13,803 bases of DNA. It comes from Aquificaceae bacterium. GTDB taxonomy: Bacteria > Aquificota > Aquificia > Aquificales > Aquificaceae. The stretch covers positions 1-13,803 of the forward strand of contig JBCNVD010000029.1 in the NCBI GenBank assembly GCA_039630345.1, read 5' to 3'. The notes beneath the pieces were generated by a model. The model made no database searches and was not told the DNA's origin. It saw nothing but the letters and a program-made list of their open reading frames with translations. Numbering within the stretch: position 1 is the stretch's first letter; the number at the start of each line of letters is the position of its first letter. A program made the position numbers and the translations under genes. Shown here in pieces: positions 9,109 to 13,803 of this stretch.

Positions 9109-10194
9109 ATGATAAAGAGTTTTCAAACTAAAAAGTATCCAGAGCCTTTGCTTTGTCCTGAGTATCCATGGGAAGAAAAGCATGCATATTTATATGGCTC
9201 AGTGATAGAGCTGGAAGATAGGTTTAGGATGTATTACCAGAGCTATGTGGATGGTATTGGCTTTTTTGTTTGTCTGGCAGAGTCTACCGACGGCATAAGA
9301 TGGACAAAACCTCTTATAAAACCCATTAAAGAATCCATTCCACATCTATACCCAACAGTAGAGGTGGAGGGAAAAATTCTCGACTTTTATCACAAAACTC
9401 AATCCCTTAACTTTATGAGCAATATGGTAGCAAGTTATCACATACCATCTGTTATTTATAAGCCCAAAGAAGACTATCCTTACAAACTCTTTGGATATAC
9501 AGAAAGAGGATACTGCGTTGCTTTTTCTAAAGATGGAATAAACTTCTTAGAATATGACAAGAACCCGGTCATACCTCTTTTGAAATTTCCCAACAAAAAG
9601 ACAAAAAAGACATGGTTTAGCGATGTAGCACCTGTATTCTATGACCAGAAGAAGAAAATTTACAGAGCAATGGTGAAAACATACAAGATAGACAAAGAAG
9701 GGAGAACGAGAAGGTCTGTGGGCATATCCACAAGCAAGGACTTTATAAGCTGGAGCAAACCAAGGACCATATGGATGCCTACAGAAGAACATGACAAAAT
9801 AGCTCAAAGAAAAGGCTTTAAATGGGCAGACTTTTATGGACTGTGTCCCTTTAACTACAAGGACCATTACCTTGGCTTTTTATGGCTTTTTATGATAGAT
9901 TACGAACTTCCAAAAGGAACACACGAAGGCAAGATAGAGGTATACCTTGCCTATAGCAAGAACTGCATAAAGTGGGAGCTCGTCTCTGATGAACCTGTGA
10001 TTTCACTTGGCAAAGAGGAAGAGTGGGATAGCGGGATGGTAACAACTGCAAATCAGCCAATAAACTCAGGAGATGGTAAACTTATAATTTACTATTCCGG
10101 ATCTAACTTCACTCATGGATATGGGCACTATGATAAGCCCTATGAGAATTCACACAGATTCTGCACAGGGAGATCAGAAATAACATTGATATAG
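9109..10194 (+). CDS. Uncharacterised beta-propeller glycoside-hydrolase-like protein (GH-J/GH32-43-130-like, Asp-box repeats), no signal peptide
   Basis: Four Asp-box-like motifs (STDGIRW, SKDGINF, SKDFISW, SKNCIKW); blade motifs FRMYY, NPVI, WDSGMV, LIIYYSG; RBS GGTGAGGA upstream. Confidence 0.65.
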   Translation: MIKSFQTKKYPEPLLCPEYPWEEKHAYLYGSVIELEDRFRMYYQSYVDGIGFFVCLAESTDGIRWTKPLIKPIKESIPHLYPTVEVEGKILDFYHKTQSLNFMSNMVASYHIPSVIYKPKEDYPYKLFGYTERGYCVAFSKDGINFLEYDKNPVIPLLKFPNKKTKKTWFSDVAPVFYDQKKKIYRAMVKTYKIDKEGRTRRSVGISTSKDFISWSKPRTIWMPTEEHDKIAQRKGFKWADFYGLCPFNYKDHYLGFLWLFMIDYELPKGTHEGKIEVYLAYSKNCIKWELVSDEPVISLGKEEEWDSGMVTTANQPINSGDGKLIIYYSGSNFTHGYGHYDKPYENSHRFCTGRSEITLI

Positions 10195-10210
10195 TTTAGC
10201 TAATCTGCTT

Positions 10211-10852
10211 TTAGATAGAGCCTATGCGCTCTCTGTTGCCTAAAACTATCAAAACATCCTGCGAGAGTATTAGCTCGTCGCCAGACGGGTTAACGATAAA
10301 CTGCTCTCCCCTTTTTATAGCCAGGACGGTCATATCATACTTTCTTCTTAAATCAAGCTCTTTAAGAGTTTTTCCATGAAACCTTTTGACTGGTAACATT
10401 TCAAAAACGCTGTAATTATTTGCTACTGGTATTTCCTCAATAAATCCTCCAACCAGAAGGGAATGGGCGAGTCTAATCGCCATGTCTCTCTCTGGATGTA
10501 TGACCCTGCGAACACCTAATCTTTCCAAGATCTTCCCATGAAGCGAATTCACGGCTTTTGCTATGATTTCTCTAACGCCAAGCTCTATTAGCTGTACGGT
10601 TACTAAGATATTTGCTTCTATATTTTCACCTATACTAACAACAACTACGTCCGCATTTGCTATCCCGGATTCTTTTAACGCCTTTTCGTCTGTAGCATCG
10701 AGAATAAAGACCTGATTAACTATGTCTGCTATCTGTCTTACCTTCTCCTCATCTATGTCACAGGCTATAACTTCCGCACCGCCCTCTGCAAGCGTTTTGG
10801 CTACATTAAAGCCAAACTTTCCAAGTCCTATAACACCAAAGACCTTTTTCAT
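10211..10852 (-). CDS. ktrA: Ktr/Trk K+ uptake regulatory subunit (RCK_N + RCK_C)
   Basis: VIGLGKFG, DATDEKAL.E.GI...DVVVV.IG, IIAKA...HGKILE.LG...VIHPE.DMA.RLA, GKTL.ELDLR; ATGA overlap with ktrB. Confidence 0.9.
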   Translation of the reverse strand: MKKVFGVIGLGKFGFNVAKTLAEGGAEVIACDIDEEKVRQIADIVNQVFILDATDEKALKESGIANADVVVVSIGENIEANILVTVQLIELGVREIIAKAVNSLHGKILERLGVRRVIHPERDMAIRLAHSLLVGGFIEEIPVANNYSVFEMLPVKRFHGKTLKELDLRRKYDMTVLAIKRGEQFIVNPSGDELILSQDVLIVLGNRERIGSI

Positions 10853-12210
10853 ATCAAAAGTCTTGCTTCAGGGAAATTTACAGAGTTAGGCTTTTCCTTG
10901 CCTAAAAGAGCCAGCATAAAGCCAAGCACGCCTACCCTCCCTATTATCATTGTAAGAATTATCAATATCTTCCCAAAGGGAGAGAAATCTGCACAGAGAC
11001 TAAGACCATCAGGATTTCCAAGAGAGAGACCAACAGTAGAAAAAGCAGAAACCGTTTCAAAAAGTGCGGGTAAGAGCTTTATATTTTCTACCTCAGCTAT
11101 AGTCAATGCCATAAAAGTACAATAAACAAAGGCAAGACTTAGTATAACCATAGCTTTATTCACCTGAGTATTCACAAGTCTTCTACCAAGCACTATTACA
11201 TCATCCCTTCCTCTTAAATACGAAACAATAGCCAGAAAAACGACGATGGCAGTTACTGTCTTTATGCCACCTCCTGTCCCACCGGGTGAAGCGCCCACAA
11301 ACATAAGGTTTATGAGCACAAACTGAGAAGCCTCAGAAAGCATTGAAATATCTATAGTGTTAAAGCCAGCAGTCCTTGCGGATATACTATGGAAAAAGCT
11401 TGCCATAACTTTCTCTTTAAATGAAAGGTTATGAAAATTCCGCAGGTCTATAAAAAGCAGGAAGAAACCAGAAAAAATCAGCGCAAAAGAGGACATAAGA
11501 ACCAGCTTTGTATGTGTAGAGAGTCTTTTCATCTCACCTTTTGTGTAAATAATAATCTCATATATTACGTAAAACCCAATACCTCCGAGGAATATCAGGG
11601 ATACAATAACCACATTAAAGAAAGAGTTTCCCTTGAAATTCATAAGATTACTGGAGAATGTCGAAAATCCAGCATTGTTAAAAGCAGAAACAGAGTGAAA
11701 TACGCTAACAAAAAGCGCCTCTTGCGGATCTTTTAAACTCAATAAAAAAGAAGGGAATAGTGCCAAAGCTCCTAAAAACTCTATTAGAAATACAACAGGT
11801 ATTATCCTCTTAACAAACCTCACAAGTCCGTAGATACCCGGGTAATTAAAAGATTCAGCCAGTATAAGTCTGTCTCTCAAACTTAGCTTTCTTCTAAGCA
11901 CTATAAGAAAGTATGTCGTAAGGGTCATATAACCCAGTCCACCTAACTGGATAAGTATCAAAACAACTAACTTGCCAAAAAATGTAAGGTCCTTTTCAGT
12001 ATCTAAAACGACCAAACCTGTAACAGTAGTAGCCGAAGTAGCAGTGAATAGAGCATCTAAGTAGCTAACACTTTTAGTAGCTGAAAGAGGCACATAGAGA
12101 AGAAAAGAGCCTGTAATGATTAGGCTTATATAAGATAGAAGAAGTATCCTGTGAGGGGTTAATTCAAAAGTCTTTGCCTTGGAAAATAGCTTAGTAAATG
12201 AACATCTCAT
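10849..12210 (-). CDS. ktrB: Ktr/TrkH-family K+ uptake membrane subunit
   Basis: Four pore loops (ATSATTVTGL, SVSAFNNAGFS, SISARTAGFN, TVSAFSTVGLS) plus MFVGASPGGTGGGIKT and MIIGRVG. Confidence 0.92.
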   Translation of the reverse strand: MRCSFTKLFSKAKTFELTPHRILLLSYISLIITGSFLLYVPLSATKSVSYLDALFTATSATTVTGLVVLDTEKDLTFFGKLVVLILIQLGGLGYMTLTTYFLIVLRRKLSLRDRLILAESFNYPGIYGLVRFVKRIIPVVFLIEFLGALALFPSFLLSLKDPQEALFVSVFHSVSAFNNAGFSTFSSNLMNFKGNSFFNVVIVSLIFLGGIGFYVIYEIIIYTKGEMKRLSTHTKLVLMSSFALIFSGFFLLFIDLRNFHNLSFKEKVMASFFHSISARTAGFNTIDISMLSEASQFVLINLMFVGASPGGTGGGIKTVTAIVVFLAIVSYLRGRDDVIVLGRRLVNTQVNKAMVILSLAFVYCTFMALTIAEVENIKLLPALFETVSAFSTVGLSLGNPDGLSLCADFSPFGKILIILTMIIGRVGVLGFMLALLGKEKPNSVNFPEARLLI

Positions 12211-12249
12211 AACTAAATCGCAAATATTTTATCCTTAAGCCATAATCTC

Positions 12250-12294
12250 TTAGATTTAGCTTATATTTAGACCCAAATACCTTACTTGTATTTG
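12250..12294. promoter_or_regulatory. Candidate operator sites in the ktrB/fccB divergent intergenic region
   Basis: 11-bp tandem TTAGATTTAGC/TTATATTTAGA (12250-12271) and inverted repeat CAAATAC-N7-GTATTTG (12274-12294). Confidence 0.35.
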
Positions 12295-12424
12295 AGATTG
12301 ACCGGTTGGCCTTTGCAGGGCTTTATAAGAAAATTATGAAATAAAAAACATTTATAGCCAAATAAATAACTGTTGTTAAAGGGATATCAAACTTATGTAT
12401 ATTTAGGTCAGAAGGAGGTCATAG

Positions 12425-13756
12425 ATGATAAGCAGAAGGGATTTACTGCTGTCATTTGGCGCCGGTGGTGCACTACTAGGAGCATCAAAAACTTCTTTTG
12501 CTGCCGCTGAGCGGGTTGGTAAGATGGAAGCGCTTCTGCCACCTGCTAGAGGCAACAGGGTTGTAGTCTGTGGTGGTGGATGGGCTGGTTTAACGGCAGC
12601 AAAGTATCTAAAGAAGGAAAACCAGAATATAGAAGTTATCCTGATAGAGAGAAACCCGAGCTTTTTCTCGTGTCCTATCTCAAACCCCTGGCTTGCGGAC
12701 CTGGTTAGTCTAGACTTCTTGATGCATGATTACAACCAACCTGCAAGTAAGTATGGATACAGATTTATGAATCAGCCAATAGTTGGTATAGAAAGAGACA
12801 GAAAAAGGGTTTATACAACACAGGGTTATGTTGATTACAACTTTCTGGTTATAGCATCTGGCATAAGGTACAACTATACGCCTTGGTTTGGAGAAGATAA
12901 AGAGTTAGCAAGACAGGCAAAACTAAACTATCCAGGCGCTATGATTCCAGGTTCTGAGCATCTGGCGCTGAAGCGTAAGATCAAAGATTTTGAAGAGGGA
13001 GAGTTTGTTATAACGGTCCCACCAGGGCTATACAGATGCCCACCAGCCCCTTATGAACGCGCATGCATGATAGCAGAAGTGTTTAAGCGAAACAAAGCAA
13101 AGGCTAAAGTTATTATCCTTGACCCTAAAGATGACATTGCACCAAAAGGACCAGGTTTCCGCGCAGCTTTTGAGCAAGTTTACCTTGGTATGATTGAGTA
13201 TGTGCCAAAAGCCACGATAAGAGAAGTAGACTTGGCAAATAAAGTCATCAAAACTACTGCAGGAGACTTTAAGTTCAAAGATGCAAACTTAATACCGCCT
13301 CAGCAGGCAAACGACCTTGTCTGGATGGCGGATCTTATAGCCAAGGATAAAGATGGCAAGCCAACAGGATGGGCTGACCAGGACCCGCTTACATTCCAGG
13401 CAAAAGCAGACCCCAATGTATTCCTTGTTGGAGATGTTATATCTCCGGCACTTGGTGTTACATATCCAAAGAGTGGACACCAAGCAAACGCTCAGGGTAA
13501 AATAGTGGCGAAGTTTATAGCTGGTAGAATCGCAGGAAAAGAGCCAAAACCCGGAAGTCTTATGCCTGATAACACCTGCTACTCAATGGTCAATGGCTCG
13601 CCACAAGAAGCTATAGTTATCAATGTGACCTATGAATACAGCGAAAGTGAGAAGAAAATAACTCCAAAATCCAGAACCCTCAACGACCGCTCAGAGGCAC
13701 TCGCAAAATCAACATATGAATGGGCAAGAGCTATATATCGTGATATGTTTGTATAG
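12425..13756 (+). CDS. fccB: Flavocytochrome c sulfide dehydrogenase, flavoprotein subunit (FccB/SoxF/DhsU family), Tat-exported
   Basis: Tat motif SRRDLL; Rossmann VVVCGGGWAG; FSCPISN (FAD-attachment Cys); YRCPPAPYERA and NTCYS (redox disulfide Cys); PKSGHQANAQGK; RBS AGGAGGT at 12413-12419. Confidence 0.92.
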   Translation: MISRRDLLLSFGAGGALLGASKTSFAAAERVGKMEALLPPARGNRVVVCGGGWAGLTAAKYLKKENQNIEVILIERNPSFFSCPISNPWLADLVSLDFLMHDYNQPASKYGYRFMNQPIVGIERDRKRVYTTQGYVDYNFLVIASGIRYNYTPWFGEDKELARQAKLNYPGAMIPGSEHLALKRKIKDFEEGEFVITVPPGLYRCPPAPYERACMIAEVFKRNKAKAKVIILDPKDDIAPKGPGFRAAFEQVYLGMIEYVPKATIREVDLANKVIKTTAGDFKFKDANLIPPQQANDLVWMADLIAKDKDGKPTGWADQDPLTFQAKADPNVFLVGDVISPALGVTYPKSGHQANAQGKIVAKFIAGRIAGKEPKPGSLMPDNTCYSMVNGSPQEAIVINVTYEYSESEKKITPKSRTLNDRSEALAKSTYEWARAIYRDMFV

Positions 13757-13765
13757 GAGGTTTTA

Positions 13766-13803
13766 ATGGATAGGCGCGATTTTGTAAAAGTATGTGCAAC
13801 AAC
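13766..13803 (+). CDS. 5' fragment of a Tat-signal protein (MDRRDFVKVCAT...), possibly a Rieske 2Fe-2S protein
   Basis: AGGAGG RBS at 13755-13760, ATG at 13766, consensus twin-arginine motif DRRDFVK. Product guessed from context only. Confidence 0.7.
   Translation, partial: MDRRDFVKVCAT

Noticed and set aside
12306..12323. Sigma-54 promoter TTGGC...GC for fccB
   Set aside because: GG-N10-GC spacing is met only with a poor -12 element (GGGC); the better TTGCA is at the wrong spacing.
12211..12424. c-di-AMP (ydaO) riboswitch upstream of ktrB
   Set aside because: Expected for some ktr operons, but the region is AT-rich and lacks the conserved GCUGAAUC/GGGGGA elements; an Rfam search would be decisive.

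Overview
Very compact bacterial chromosome segment. Gene content, strong AGGAGGT ribosome-binding sites and protein style point to a thermophilic Aquificota (Aquificaceae-like) sulfur oxidiser; this is inference. Left end: a secreted multi-domain surface protein (CSLREA-like start, beta-helix region, choice-of-anchor Q, InlB-B-like repeat, Gly/Ser linker, choice-of-anchor U, Cys-containing GGGGGC-TM-RR C-terminal sorting signal). It is divergent from a short stand-alone GspF/PilC gene and followed by the start of a hydrophobic ORF cut by the window edge. Middle: pdxJ, nth, guaB, cysS, a DUF2231-like membrane protein and a thermonuclease lipoprotein. Right: an apparently AT-richer block (aldo/keto reductase, Asp-box beta-propeller glycosidase-like protein, ktrA, ktrB), then a Tat-exported flavocytochrome c sulfide dehydrogenase flavoprotein and the start of a second Tat substrate. 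Best leads: (1) a Cys-CTERM protein-sorting/T2SS locus, (2) an uncharacterised AKR + cytoplasmic beta-propeller hydrolase pair, (3) a recurring TA(T/A)AAT-N7-ATG leaderless-type signal in tiny divergent gaps. No RNA genes, CRISPR arrays or mobile elements were seen. All domain calls come from motif recognition by eye, not database searches.
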